From: Prorocentrum cordatum
Lineage: Eukaryota
Assembly: GCA_963575745.1 (NCBI GenBank)
Contig: CAUYUJ010000011.1
Span: 1-64,000 of the forward strand
Reading direction: 5' to 3'
DNA length: 64,000 nucleotides
The notes beneath the pieces are model-generated. The model had not been told where the DNA came from and did not search any database. It saw nothing but the letters and a program-made list of their open reading frames with translations. This document shows, one piece after another, positions 11,434 through 24,800 of the stretch. Numbering within the stretch: position 1 is the first letter of the stretch; each line of letters begins with the position of its first letter. A program made the translations under genes and the position numbers.

Positions 11434-12344
11434 CTCCTCCTCCTCCTCCTCCTCCTCCTCGCCCCACCCACCCCACGGCTCACGTGCCAGACATGCGCAG
11501 GCCACGTGCCGGGCACGCGTGCGGATGGCTGTCCACGCAGGGCCGAGGGCTCGCAAGGCGCGCGGGGCCCGCATGGCTCGCCCACGCTGGCCGCGCCATG
11601 CGCAAGCCGCAAGCCCGCTGGTGAACTGCGGCTCACTCCGCACCCCGCGCGGCGCCGGCCGCGGCGCGCTGTGCTCTATCCTCGCGCCCTGCGTGCCCTG
11701 GCGGCGAAGGCCAGCCCAGGACGCGGCGCGCGACGCGCGGCCGTCTTGGCGCAACCGCGGGTGGGCCTGGCCCCCGTGCGTGTCAGGAGGCGCCTTCTGG
11801 CGCGGCCGAGGAGCCCGATTGAGTCGGGGACGTCCTGACCCGGACCAGTGCAAGCCCAGGTCAGTCAGGCCTTACAGGACCCTGCAAGATCCTGCAGGAT
11901 CCTGCTCCCCAGACCGGGTCAGTGCACCCCTGGCGCCTGTAAGATCCGGCGCCCTGACTGACCACCGTTTGCACTGACCCCCGTCTCTTGAGCCCCGATT
12001 GAGGGGCCACTGGGCTGGACCAGCCCAAACGAAGCTCAAGATCGAGCCGGATTGGGCCAGATCAAGCGGGATCCGGCTGGATTGTGCCCGACTGGGCCCG
12101 TCGTCGGCCACGGATGTCAGTCGGACCTGGGCCAGAAGAACAACCCTCAAGACCATGAGACCCTCCCATCGGCCAAAACAAGCATAACATCCAAGGCTAC
12201 CCCCCCCCCAGGCTGGATGCACAGGAACATCCAACAAACGCGAAGAACACTAGGGTACCCTCCCCGAACGTACCTCGACTTTATCAGAGTGATGGGGCCG
12301 AACGGTCATTCACTGTCCCTCGGCGCGTGGCTGAAGTGGTGAGC

Positions 12345-12377
12345 CGCGGTGCGGATTATTGTTATCATTGTTGCTGA

Positions 12378-12409
<32 letters not shown>

Positions 12410-12613
12410 TGGTTATGGTCGTGGTTGTGGCTGTGGCTGTGGTTGTGGTTGCTGTTGTTGCTGCTGTTGCTGTTGTGGTTGTGGTTGGGGTTGTTGTTAA
12501 TATTGTTGCTGGTGTTGTTGTTGCTGTTGTTGTTGCTGATGTTTTTGTTGGTGATGTTCCTGATATTGTTGGTGTTGGTGTTGATGTTGGTCTTGTTGCT
12601 GGTGTAGTCGTGA

Positions 12614-12689
<76 letters not shown>

Positions 12690-12726
12690 CCGAGTAGTAG
12701 TAGTAGTAGTGGTAGTAGTAGTAGTC

Positions 12727-12788
<62 letters not shown>

Positions 12789-12832
12789 CGTAGTCCCGTC
12801 GTAGCCGTAGTCGTAGTAGTTAAGTAGTAGTC

Positions 12833-12868
<36 letters not shown>

Positions 12869-12960
12869 AGTTCGTGGTAGTATAGTAGTAGTAGTAGTAG
12901 TAAAGTATAGCAGTAGTAAGTAGTAGTAGTCGTTCCGTAGTCGTAGTAGTAGTATAGTAG

Positions 12961-13000
<40 letters not shown>

Positions 13001-13001
13001 C

Positions 13002-13052
<51 letters not shown>

Positions 13053-13053
13053 C

Positions 13054-13107
<54 letters not shown>

Positions 13108-13118
13108 TAGTAGTAGTA

Positions 13119-13154
<36 letters not shown>

Positions 13155-13167
13155 CAGCAGCAGCAGC

Positions 13168-13204
<37 letters not shown>

Positions 13205-13225
13205 ACTAGTAGTAGTAGTAGTCGT

Positions 13226-13317
<92 letters not shown>

Positions 13318-13325
13318 AAGTACAA

Positions 13326-13402
<77 letters not shown>

Positions 13403-13470
13403 CGTAGTAGTAGTGAGTAGTAGTAGTAGTGGTAGTACTAGTAGTAGTAGCAGCAGTAGTAGTATAAGTT

Positions 13471-13505
<35 letters not shown>

Positions 13506-13506
13506 C

Positions 13507-13551
<45 letters not shown>

Positions 13552-13713
13552 TCATTAGTGGTAGTAGTAGTGGGTAGTAGTTAGTAGTATAGTGTAGTAG
13601 TAGTAGTAGTAGTAGTAGTAGTATAGTAGCAGTAGTAGTAGTAGAGTAGTGTAGTATTAGATAGTAGTAGTAGTAGTAGTGGTATAGTGGAGTGGTAGTA
13701 GTGGTAGTAGTAC

Positions 13714-13785
<72 letters not shown>

Positions 13786-14073
13786 CAGTAGTAGTAGTAG
13801 TAGTAGTAGTTGCTGTTGGTGTTGGTGTTGCTGGTGTTGTTGCTGTTGCTGTTGGTTTCGGTGTTGTTGTTGGTGTTGTTTGATCGTGTTGTGGTTATGA
13901 TTATGGTTGTTGGTGTTGATGTTGGTGTTGATGTTGTTGTTGGTGGTGTTGGTGTCGTTTTTGTAACAACAACATGTTGCTGCGGTTGTTGTTGATGTTG
14001 TTGATGCTACTGATGTTGTTGTTGCTGTTTTTGCTGTTGTTGTTGTTGCTGCTGTTGTTGTTGATGTTGCTGT
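12345..14073. repeat. (GTA)n microsatellite core (~12615-13810) flanked on both sides by degenerate (GTT/GCT)n
   Basis: Direct inspection. Confidence 0.97.
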
Positions 14074-16460
14074 TGAGTACTCATTTCTAAATAATAATTA
14101 TTGCTGATCTCCGGAAACGGTTCCGCGCGCTCTCGCCTCGACGCCGGCTACATTTTCGCTGAAAACGAAGCTCCCACTCGAGCGTTGGCTTGACCCTAAA
14201 TGTGGGCCCTTGGAGGCCCAGCTGCGCCAAGAACGGCTCCCGCTCGATACTTCCTCACAATTTACCCCGAGACACCCTGGCCAGAGAGGCCCCCGAACTC
14301 AGGAACGGCGCTCTCGCTCGAGATTTCCTCGCAATTCCATTAAGTTGGCGGAAGCCCAGCCACGACGACAAGGGCTCCTGCTCACTACTTCCTCACGACT
14401 TACTCCGAGAGCCTCTGGCCAAGAAGGCCCCCGAACTCAGGAACTGCGCTCTCGCTCGAGACTTTCCCGTAATTCGAGCAAGTTGGTGTAGGCCCAGACA
14501 CGGCGACAAGGGTTTCCGTTCAATATTTCTCCATTGGTATTTCGAGAGCCCTTGGCCAGAGAGGCCCCCGAACTCAGGCACGGCGCTCTCGCTCGAGACT
14601 TCTTCGCACTGCAGTCAGTGGCCGACAAGGAAGAGACTCCACCCGAAAGGGGGTGCAATCGAAGACGAAGTGGGCGGTTATCGAAGGTTGGGGTATACGG
14701 AATGCAAGACACGCGTGCCAATAATAGCTAACCGTCTTAAAATGATTGTTGTTGTTGAGTGTTAGTTACTAAACAATTATCATTGTTGGAACCCTTACAG
14801 GCACCCTGGCTCTCTCGCCAACATGCCGGCTACATTTTCATTGAAAATGAGGCTCACGCTCGAGCGGTTTGGGCGACCGCCAAAACCGGCCCCCCAACAA
14901 CAACAACGCTCCCGCTCGAGACGTCCTCCTTTTTTACTCAGGGCTGGTGTTCTTGCTCGCCGCCGAAAGCCGCCGTCCTGACAAAACCAGCGCTCCCGCT
15001 CGATACGTCCTCCCGTTTTATATTGGACTGGCGCGCTAATCTTTCTCTCACCGGCGCCGCCCCCAGCAAAAACAACGCTACCGCTCGAGGATTCCTCTCT
15101 TTTTTACTCAAGGCGGTGCTCCTGCTCGCCGCCGAAAACCGGCCCCCGCCCGAAACTTCCTTCCGTTTTACGCTGGACTGGCGCCCTACTCATTTTTGAA
15201 TTGGCGCCGCTCCCAGCAAGAACAACGCTCCCGCTCGAGGCTTCCTCCCCTTCTTACTCAAGGCGGTGCTCCTCCTCGCCGCCGAAAACCGCCGCCCCGA
15301 CAAAATGAGCGTTCCCTCCCGAGACTTCCTTCCGTTTTACGCTGGACTGGCGCCCTACTCATTTTTGAATTGGCGCCGCTCCCAACAAGAACAACGCTCC
15401 CGCTCGAGATTTCCTTTCTTTTCTTTGTTTTTCCTCGAGACGGTGCTGTGTTCCTCGCAACCGACAGCCCCCGTCCCGACAAAACCACGGCTCCCGCTCG
15501 ATGCTTCCTCCTTTCTTACTCAAGGCGGTGTTCCTCCTCGCCGCCGAAAGCCGCCGTCCCAACAAAACCAGCGCTCGAGACTTCGTTATGTTTTACGCTG
15601 GACTAGCGCCCTACTCTCTTCAGCATTGGCGCCGCTCCCAGCAACAAAAGCAGCCCTGCTCGAGACTTCCTCCCTTTCTATTCATGGCCAGGTCCTTGCC
15701 TCACCGCCGACAGCCCCCATCCCCACCAAGGCAATCCTGTCGTTCGATACTTCCTTGTGCTTTACCCTTCACTGGGGTTCCACTGGCGGTCTCGCATCGG
15801 CGCAGCGGCGCGGGCATGTGTTTTCGAGGCGGGATATGTTGAAATTCCTCGGAGGAGATTTTTGCCAGACGTAATTGGGCGGGAGATCTGGGAATGGGAA
15901 TAACGGACCCCGCTATTGAGCAAGAATCCTCCATGATGTGGATGGTTATCATGATGCTCGCATGCTTCGTGTGGAAACATCGCGCATGAGGGTAATATGA
16001 TTGAGCTCTCACTTCTGAAGAATAATTGTTGTTGATCCCCCCCACCGGTGCATACTGTTTTTCTCAATCGAAATGTGCCCCTCGACGCTCGCATCCTGTT
16101 TTTTGTCAGGGAAAGTCTTGATACTCAAACTGAGCCCCTGGCCCCCAGGTTACAACAACAACGGCTCCCGCCCGAGACTTCCTCACAATTTAGCCAGGAC
16201 CCCCGCTCCCGCCCGAGAGTTCCTCGCATTTTATTCAGGAATCGTGCTCTCGCTTGGGACTTCCTTACAATTTATTCAGGAATGGCTCTCCCAGCACTCT
16301 GGAGTCGCGCTCTCGCTGGAGACTTGCTTGCAATTTACTGACGAATAGCGCCCTTGCGTTCGAATTTCTTGCAATTTACTCAAGCGCCGCGCTCCCAACA
16401 CCCAGGCACCCAGGAGTCGCGTTCACGCCTAGGACTCCCTCCCAGATTACCTAGGAATCG
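14070..16460 (+). repeat. Degenerate higher-order repeat rich in GCTC(C/T)CGCTCGAGA(C/T)TTC
   Basis: ~150-bp subunits (GGCCAGAGAGGCCCCCGAACTCAGG-like x3). Larger units restart near 14070, 14755 and 16000. Confidence 0.75.
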
Positions 16461-16464
16461 GGAT

Positions 16465-17120
16465 CTCGCTGCCCTTCGTGGCCCCGTTGCAGCCCTTCGT
16501 GGCCCCCTCGCTTTGTTTCGTGGCCCCGTTGCAGCCCTTGGTGGCCCCTTCGCTATGTTTCGTGGCCCCATTGCAGCCCCTCGTGGCCTCCTCGCTGCCC
16601 TTCGTGGCCCTGTTGCAGCCCTTCGTGGCCCCCTCGCTTTGTTTCTTGGACCCGTTGCAGCCCTTCGTGGCCCCGTTGCTGCCCTTCGTCGCCCCGTTGC
16701 TGCCCTTCGTGGCCCCGTTGCAGCCCTTCGCGGCCCCCTCGCTCCCAGTCGTGGCCCCGTTGCAGCCCTTCGTGGCCCCCTCGCTGCCCTTCGTGGCCCC
16801 TTATATGCATGCCCTTCGTGGCCCCCGCTCGTTCGCGCCCGTGGTGGCCCCATATGCATGCCCTTCGTGGCCCCGTTGCTGCCCTCAGTGGCCCCGTCCT
16901 TGCCCTCCGCGGCCCAACATACGCATGCCATTCGTGGCCCCCGCTCGTTCGCGCCCGTTGTGGCCTCATGTGCATGCCCTTCGTGGCCCCGCTGTCGCCG
17001 TTTGAGGCCCCCTCACTGTCCTACGTGGCCCACTTGCTGCCCTCAGTGGCCCCATCGTTGCCTTCTGTGGCCCCGCACTCTCTGCCCTTCGTGGCCCCCG
17101 CTCGTTCGCGCTCTTCGTGG
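16465..17120 (+). repeat. 21-bp minisatellite (GCCCTTCGTGGCCCCGTTGCA-like)
   Basis: Direct inspection. Confidence 0.92.
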
Positions 17121-17139
17121 CCGGGCGCCCGCGAGTCGT

Positions 17140-17777
17140 CACTTTGCGAGCGGCAGCCGTGGAACGCGCTCGGCGAAGGAGGGAGGCGGGCCCTGCAGGA
17201 AACGGGTCCTGGGCCCTGGGGTTATGTCGGGCCTGTCCCCCTACAAGGGGATTTTCGACGGAAAATAAAAGATACCCCAAAAATAATCTAAAAAGAATCC
17301 AAGAATAGTCTGTGGACTATGTTTGGAATATTTTTTGACAATTTTGGGGCATTTTCGGGGTATTTCTTAGTTTTCGTCGAAAATCCCCCTGTTGGGGGAC
17401 ATGCCCGACATAACCCTGGGGCCTCCCCCTTCGGACCCGCTCCTCCTCCCGAGCCGCTGCCTGCCCCAGAGCCCGTGGAGGGCCCCGGGAGGCCAGCCCC
17501 GGCGCAGCACCTCGGGACCCGTGTCCCTCAGGACCCCGCCTCTGGACGAAGGAACAACGGCGTAAAGATACACTTTGCGAGCGGCAGCCGTGGAACGCGC
17601 TCGGCGAAGGAGGGAGGCGGGCCCTGCAGGAAACGGGCCCTGGGCCCTGGGGGCCTCCCCCCCGGGGCCAGCTCCTCCTCCCGAGCCGCTGGCTGCCCCG
17701 GAAGCCCGCGGAGGGCCCCGGGGAGGCCAGCACCGGCGAGGAACCTCGGGACCCGTGTCCCTCAGGACCCCGCCTCC
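17140..17777 (+). repeat. Tandem duplication (~17140-17543 and ~17571-17777); the first copy carries the MITE insertion
   Basis: ACTTTGCGAGCGGCAGCCGTGGAACGCG...GTGTCCCTCAGGACCCCGCCTC in both copies. Confidence 0.9.
17221..17414. mobile_element. 194-bp palindromic MITE with target-site duplication
   Basis: ~62-bp inverted arms GTTATGTCGGGCCTGTCCCCC.../...GGGGGACATGCCCGACATAAC. CCTGGG flanks both sides (17215-17220, 17415-17420). The element is absent from the sister repeat at ~17645. Confidence 0.88.
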
Positions 17778-19902
17778 GCGTAAACATAAACTGTTTGCTG
17801 AACGGGGTGCTGTTGTGATAGAAACTGACTCCGGCCGAGGAAAAGGGGAGCAGAGACATCCCCACAAACATCTGATGGTCCGGGGCCGTTTCGCTTGAGA
17901 CATCCTCACAACTCGCCGTTGTTTCTAGGGGGCCACATGCGAGCCCTCCCCCTCCCCCCCCACGATTCTTAAGGATGAGGGTGGGGTTCGCTTCGCTCGC
18001 GAGCTCCCGAGCGAAGTGAAAAACCCACCCTCCCCTTCGGAGATCGTGGGGAGTAGGAGCAGGGTTCGCATGTGGCCCCCTAGAGACAACGGCGTAGACA
18101 TAGACTGTTGGCGCTCCGCGCGGACTCCTTGGATCTGCGCTGGACCCCCCTCCCTGGCGCGCGGAGCGCGCCAGGGGCGGCGCCGGAGGCGCCGCCGTGG
18201 GGGGCCACATGCGCGGATCCAAGAACTCCGCGCGGAGCGCCAACAGTTTGTGTTCTCATGTAGTTTTTCCTTCTTCGATCGGGGGCGCGCAGACATGGGT
18301 TGGCGATCCATGGATTTGGCGCGCGGTCGCCAAACCCATGGATCGGGGGAGGTGCTCTCCCCAAAATGCGGCCGGTGCCGCCTCGCTCGGCGGCGGAAAT
18401 CCGCAGCTTCCCCTGGAAACGGGACCCGTCGTCGCCTGCTTGCTTCGAAGGATCGGGGACGGCCAAGAGGGGGGTGTCCAAGAGGGGGGGCGCAAATCAT
18501 GGCCGGCAGCATGTGCGCGGACCAGGGGGGTCGGGGGCCAGGGGCGCATTGACATAAGAGAAGGCGCCATGAAATCTGGGGAGATGTCATGGCCCCCGCC
18601 ATGATGTCCCCCCCTCCCCCTAGTCATCACCCCCCTCATCTAGCCATCGCTAGGACGTCCATTCCCTGTGTTTTTTTCCGGTTTCGTGGGTGGCTTTTCC
18701 GCCAAATGATCAAGGATGCTCCTCGATGGTCCTCGCCGAAGGAAAAGGTACACACGCCCGAGCGATGCCAAGCTCTTTGCCGCCCCCGAGAGGACCCGTC
18801 CCCCTCAGGACCCGCTCCCCCCGCGGCGGCAGCCGCGCCGGAGCCCGCCTCTCCCCCCGCTGCCGGCTCTTGAGGGTGGCGTGCACCTCCCGGCGGGCCA
18901 CGGGGCGTGCCGTCGGGGGACACGGCGCGCCGGGGAGGCGCGCCACCGGCAGAGAGAGAGCCGGGGCGGGAGGGCGAGGGAGAGAGGCACTCTGCACGAA
19001 GGGGGGGCGGGACCTCTCGACTGATCCGAGGTCAGAAATCGGGGATGGACAGACCCCCCTTTAGTAAAACGTGGTTTAGTGAAAACGACCTGAGGCCCAG
19101 ACCTGGCGGACGCAAGCCTGGAACATAACGGCCACGGCGCCCTCTCGAGAACCGAAAACGGACAATTCACTAATCGACGTGTCACTGTTGGGGGTTCTGT
19201 CCACCCCCGAAAAACGTCCACCCCCAGAATAACCACCCCGACACGCGAAGCCGTTTAGGAAATGCACCCAATGAAGGAATCGAGCAAGGCCTGGGCTATT
19301 TAGTAAACGCCCAGGGCCGTTCAGTAAACGCCAGTTGTCCGGTCTGGGTGGTTTTTCCTCCCTTGAGGAGAGACAATCTGCCCGACGAGGTCACGGACCC
19401 TCTCGCTTGGTCGCGAGTTGGCACGACCAGACTCACGCGAGCGACGATCAAAAACGGGTTTTGCGCGAGATGGCGTAGCGACCTGACGCGGTGGCTTACG
19501 CGGGGCACCAGCGCGGCACGCTACTTTGGAGACGAAGGCGCTCACGCGCGACCTTACGCGGGCAGCTTACGCGCCAAGGCCGGCGCGGACGACCTCTTTT
19601 TTTTTGCGTCGCTCACGTAGAGCTGGCTGGCCGTGAATGTGGAAACGGGGGTTGCGTGCACCACGCCCGCCGGCAAAGCCGGGGAGGCCACCCGGAGGAG
19701 GGCGGAGCGAGAGGGGAACGGGAGCGCAGGAGGAGGACGGGGAGGGGGAGCAGGGAGGAAGACGAGGACGAGGACGAGGAGCAGCAGGAGGCGGAGGACG
19801 AGAAGGAGAAGGAAAATCCGCAGATCCGGCGTGCGAGGTTAAGAAAGCTACAACCTGAGCTTCAGCTCTGCTGGGGGGCGGGGGCCGGGGGGGCTCTGCC
19901 GG

Positions 19903-20150
19903 GGTAGGGGGGGAAGGGGGGGGGTTCATCGGGTCCACCCTTTCTCCCCCCCCCCCCGGGACTCCCAAACCGCCCTAAAACGGGCCAAGAGGGGCCCAGG
20001 AGGCCACCAAGACGGTCCAGGAGGCGCCCGAAAACGCCCAAGAGCGCTCCTGGACGCCCAAGATGGCCTGAAGACGGCCCAAGAGGCCTCCAAGACGCCT
20101 CAAGGAGATTCCAAGAGGACCCCCAAGAGGGCCCCAAGAGGGTACAAAAA
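19903..20150 (+). repeat. ~245-bp dispersed repeat (second copy 43971-44216), CCAAGA-rich
   Basis: Near-identical GGTAGGGGGGGAAGG...GAGGGTACAAAAA at both sites. Confidence 0.92.
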
Positions 20151-21637
20151 CCTGACCAGACAAGAACGGGAAGCGCCATTTGTGCTCGTAGGGGTGTTTG
20201 TCGTTGTGGAAGCACGAGGACGAGGTGGAGAATGGCGTTCAAAGCCATGGACGTCATCGTTCATCCCAGACGGCTGGGGATGCCGAAAGCAGCCTTCGGA
20301 GGCAGAAAAGTTAGGAGAACATCCCCAGGCCGTGGCACGCAAATGAAGACGACGACGATGGACGACGGACGAGTGGCGACCACGACGGCGGCGGCGGCTG
20401 CAGCGGCGGCTGTGGAGGAGGAGGATAAAAAGGAGGATGAGGAGGGGGAGAGGATGAGGCAGACAAGGGAGGACGAAGGGGTAAAGGCGACGCCTTTGGG
20501 GTTCCTTGCGAACCGCCTTCGGGGTGTTCGGGGCGTGCGGGCGCAGCTTTGGGGTTCCGTGGGGGTTCGTGCAGAGCAGTAGTGTCGCTCTAGGCCACGC
20601 TGGGAGCTGTGTGGGGCAGTCTATGGGGTTCTAGGCGCTTTCTGTATCGCTGGCGCGTCCTTAGGGTGGTTTTGGGGGCTTTCCAGGCGCCTCTTGGAGG
20701 CCTCCTGGGGTGCTTTTGGGCCCATGTTCGTTCAGGTTCTTACCCAGCACCGAATTTTTGAGGATGGCTGGAGCAAAACGGCCTTTTGGTTTGCCGCGTT
20801 GGTCTGACGTGCTGGTCGAACCAGCATGCTCTCCGACCAGCATGCTCTCGGCGCGTGATGGACCTGGTGGGCCGTTTGGGGCTCCTCGGGCCCTCTTGTG
20901 GTCTTTAGGGCGCCTTTTGAAAGGCCTGTGGGTTATTTTTTTGGAGCTTCTCAGGAATATCTTTGGCCCCTGAGATTGTCCCGGCGCTCCTGGAGAGTAT
21001 ATGCGGGCATTCTCTTGGGCCATCTTGGCGTTCTCTGGGGCCGTCTTGAGGTTGTCGTGGGTGATATGGGAGTTTCCTCTGGCATTGTTGGTGCTCTGTG
21101 GGCGCCTCTCAGGCGCTCTTCTTCGCAAAGGTGTGGACGGTTGATTCGTGTACTTGTCGTCGCTGACGTCATCTTATTTGCTGACGCATTTCCTTTCGTA
21201 GTGGCTTCCGTTTTCTTCATTATTGTCTTCGTCCCCGTGCTCGTTTTTCTCGTCGTCGTTTTTTCGTTGTCGATTGCAGGATTGACGGGAATAAGTCATT
21301 CGCTATGCGCACAAATCGTGGCGTCGGAACGCTGTACGGCAGCAACAGCATGCTCGTAGGAACGCCTCCGCAGGGAATGCAAGTGCAGTGGCAGGTGGCT
21401 TTGCGATCAGTTCGCCAAGCGATTACATTCTGCGTATTCGTGAAGTAGAAATGGTGGTGCGTTTGCGGCTGCCCAGAAGGACGTCTGTGCCTCCGTGGAT
21501 GGGTGCGCGTGGGCGCTGGCACGATGTGAAATACGTAGTTCAGCACCTCTGAAATGAAAAGGCTCGTCCCACCACAGGGAAATCCAGAAAGGGTAGTCGT
21601 CGCGCTGGCTACACGTGTTGTATAAGCAAGTTGACGC

Positions 21638-21807
21638 CTGGTTCGGGGGTTCCGAAACGTGACGAGGGCCAAGGCAGTTTGGGCTTCTCGCGCAGCAGCA
21701 GGTGAGCCTCGAACCGTCGGGCGCAAGAGCCCGAGGGTTCAAGACGGGGCTGCCCGGAGGGAGTAGCCATGACGTCCCTGGTCCAGTTCGATTTGGGAAC
21801 CCCAGGC
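21638..21807 (-). other. Predicted intron (GC-AG, phase 0, 170 nt) with terminal inverted repeats
   Basis: GCACAG|GCCTGG...AACCAG|GCGTCA joins NRLLAQ to ASTCLYN..FWISLWWDEPFHF, supplying the missing OTU His strand. Stop at 21407. Confidence 0.75.
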
Positions 21808-24800
21808 CTGTGCCAGTAATCTGTTCCGGAACAAGAAGATGCCGATGTCGAGGGCTTCGCTGAGGCTGTTGACGTCTGTTTGTGTGCCCCAGTGCATATT
21901 TCCAGGCTGGGCCATGCAAGCTGCAATGCTTTGTCGAAGGTGCTGCAGTCGCGCCGTGCCGTCTGGTATGCTGATCAGGCTTTCGTCGCGATCGCGCCCT
22001 CCTCGTCGCGCAGCTGTCACGGCCACCCGGGCAACGGCACTCCCGTCGGATCTTTCCTCGAACGCGAGCACGCTCTCCACGTGCGCGAGGCAGTCCAGAG
22101 AGCACTGGCGAAGAACATCGAGTGGAACCCACAGGTCTTCATGCATCCCCGCGCGGTGCTGCATACAAGCGGACACTACGAAGTCAAGCACTTGCTCCGG
22201 TGTCCAGCGAAAGTATATGCGAGCGGACAGTTGTCGGAGTGCTCGCATGACGGCATCCTTGCCCTGGAGGAAAACTCGCGATGATAGAGTCTTCAATATG
22301 TGGCGCGCAGGTGGGCCACCAGCGACGACCATGCGAGCTAGCACTCCAGCGATGCTGTAGAAGAGGCAGTCGCCGCCGCCGCCGAACTCGACGCTGTGCA
22401 CGGACATCGTGGAACAACTGGAAGATCCAACTTTTGCAACGCGGGTGCAAAGTGCGTCTGACACGGCGTGGGTGGCGCCAAGTGCCCACTGCAGTCGGGC
22501 GCGCGAGTTGGACGCAGGTGATAGCAGGAAGTAGGGGCACCGCTCGTTGTCGACGCAGCACTCCGGCGAGCCGCATTCGCCGCACGGGCGGACGGGTGCA
22601 GACGACGGAACCATCGACGGCGAGGTTGCGCTCGGAGACGGCGTTCGTGTCGTCGGTGGTGCCGCGTCGAAGAGAGCGTCGTCAATCGGTGCTGGGTGCC
22701 TGGACTGCGCCTGATGGCCAGTAGGTGCATCGACTGCCATTCCTGGGACAGAATCCTGCGCTATGGGCGGCGGCGGCACCTGCGCCGCGGTACTCTCCGT
22801 TAGCCGCGGCTTCTTCAATGGGGGCAGCGCAGACAATGTCTTGGCTTGCTCCGCCGCGCTGCCGCCGGCGTCCCTCGTGTCTCCTGCCCGCGGCAGCAAC
22901 GTTGGCGGCGGCGTCTTCCCGCGCGTTCGACGAAGCACACTGCGGCCCTCCTCGGAGCGCGAGGGCGGCGGCAAAGCTGTCGCGCGCCGCTGGTGTCTTG
23001 CAGGGCGGTTAGCTCGGAATGAGGCTACCCGGGATGCCTGGCGCGACGCGCCATCGCTCGCGAGGACGTGGTCCATCAGGTCGTCGGGCAAGGCATCTCC
23101 AGTCATGTCCCGCAAAGTGCGGATGAGGTCATCGAGCGACGACGTCTCCATGTCGGCCAGCCTTGTAATCTCGTCTAGCAGGAACTTCGGTGGCTTTCGG
23201 GAAAGTTCTCGCCTGGTTGCCGGGCGTAGGATGAAAAGGCTCTCCACGGAGATTGCGCGCGAGAGCATCACGTAGCACGCCAGCCAATGCGTATCTGCGT
23301 CCATGGAAGGCGGCTTCTTCATGTCAGCCACCACGGCTACGCATGTGCCCCCCTGAGCTCCGTACACAATAATCGTATCTGCTGGCAATAAACGGTAAGT
23401 AGTGCGGCGGACAGAGAAGTGCTCCTCCTCCCACGCCGCGCGCAAATGCCCGCACGTCGGTCTCATTTGAAACAAGCCGCGCCGGTCCGTGCAGGTTGGG
23501 AGGTCCGCAGCCAAGTCGGCCGCAGGAAGTTCCCAGTCGCCGCCGTCAGCCTGCAGCCAGAGGGAAACGGGCATGAACTGTACGTGCACGACGTTCTCGT
23601 CCACTGGGCCCGACTGGAACGGCTCCCCGCTGGCGAAGACAATGCGGCGGAGCGTGCAGACGCAGCCCTTCATGGGGCCCAGCCGCACGCAGTCTTTGGA
23701 GCACATAGTCAGGCGCATTCCGATGTACAGTGGCAAAAGACTCGGCAAGTCCTGCGTATCTTTCGGGCTAACCCTCTGCAGGAGGTCTCTATGGACCTGT
23801 TCTGTCATTTTGTGAGCGTCGGCGGGGTCCACTGGCTCGTCGCGGGCTTGGACCACGTAGAGGCGGCGGCCCGTCCGCAGTGCTTGCTGTTTAGCGTGCT
23901 GCATTGATCGGTAGACGCGAATCTTGTGCCTGTGGACGATGTATGTCCAGGGGTGCGTGGAGAAGAGCGACGCGGGATCGCGCGGGCGGGTGTCCTCGGA
24001 AGATAGTATGCGACTGGTGTACAAGGCCCACATCGCGTCCGAGATGTTGCCAGCACGCATCTCCGCCAGCAGCTGGCTGAGTGGGCCAGGGGCGCGGGCG
24101 TTCACTTCCAGCGTCACCACCTTCCGGACGCGGCGCCACAGCTGCAGTCCTTGCACCGTCTCCACGTGCTTAGACCTCTTCTTGTCCCCGTCCTGTTCCT
24201 GGTCGTATTCGCCCTTCTCATTCAAAACGTCAACCTCGTCCAGGTCCGTGGCGAGGCTCCTGTTGTCGCCCGTCGGGTCGGCTGGTGGGAGCTGCATGAA
24301 GTCCCCGGAGAACGTCATGCCCAAGCCGCCCCAAGCCTGGGTGGAGCTCTTGGCCGCCTTCAATCGAGCCTCTGCCTGGAAGAGCTGGGCTGCTGCGACC
24401 ATGGACACTTCGTCAATGAAGCACGCGAGGGCGCCTTCCCAGCGGCTCCGGTGGCTCTCCAAGACAGTGCGCGTGAGGCGACCTTTCTTACTGGACACGG
24501 TCACGCTGCCAAACGGTAGTTTGCACAGTGCGTGCAGTGTGTCCCCTTTCAGAAGCCTTGCCGCCGAGTTCGATGGCGCGCATTTCTGCTCTGTGTCTGG
24601 GCCGTTGAAGTAGCAGATGACTGCTTCGACGACTCTCAGAACCGCCGTCTTCCCAGTGCCTCCGGGGCCCATGAGTGCGAGCTGAAACCCGTCTGCCAAA
24701 GACGGTCGCCCTGTGACAGTCGGCCCAGAGGGCTCGTCGAACCCCCACGCGCGGTTCATGACGTCCTGTAGCCAAGCAGCGTTCCAAAGCAGCGCGCGCG

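Larger units (their letters stand above)
7835..11460 (+). repeat. (TCC)n / CT-rich microsatellite blocks (7835-7908, 8778-8945, 9618-10217, 10515-11460)
   Basis: Direct inspection. Confidence 0.97.

Noticed and set aside
9359..13995. Long Pro/Ser/Leu/Thr/Val-rich ORFs
   Set aside because: These are translations of TCC, GTA and GTT microsatellites.
18600..21400. Canonical Helitron 3' end (hairpin + CTRR|T) downstream of RepHel
   Set aside because: The CTAG sites I checked (e.g. ~20590, ~20631) lack the expected target base and a convincing hairpin; termini remain undefined.
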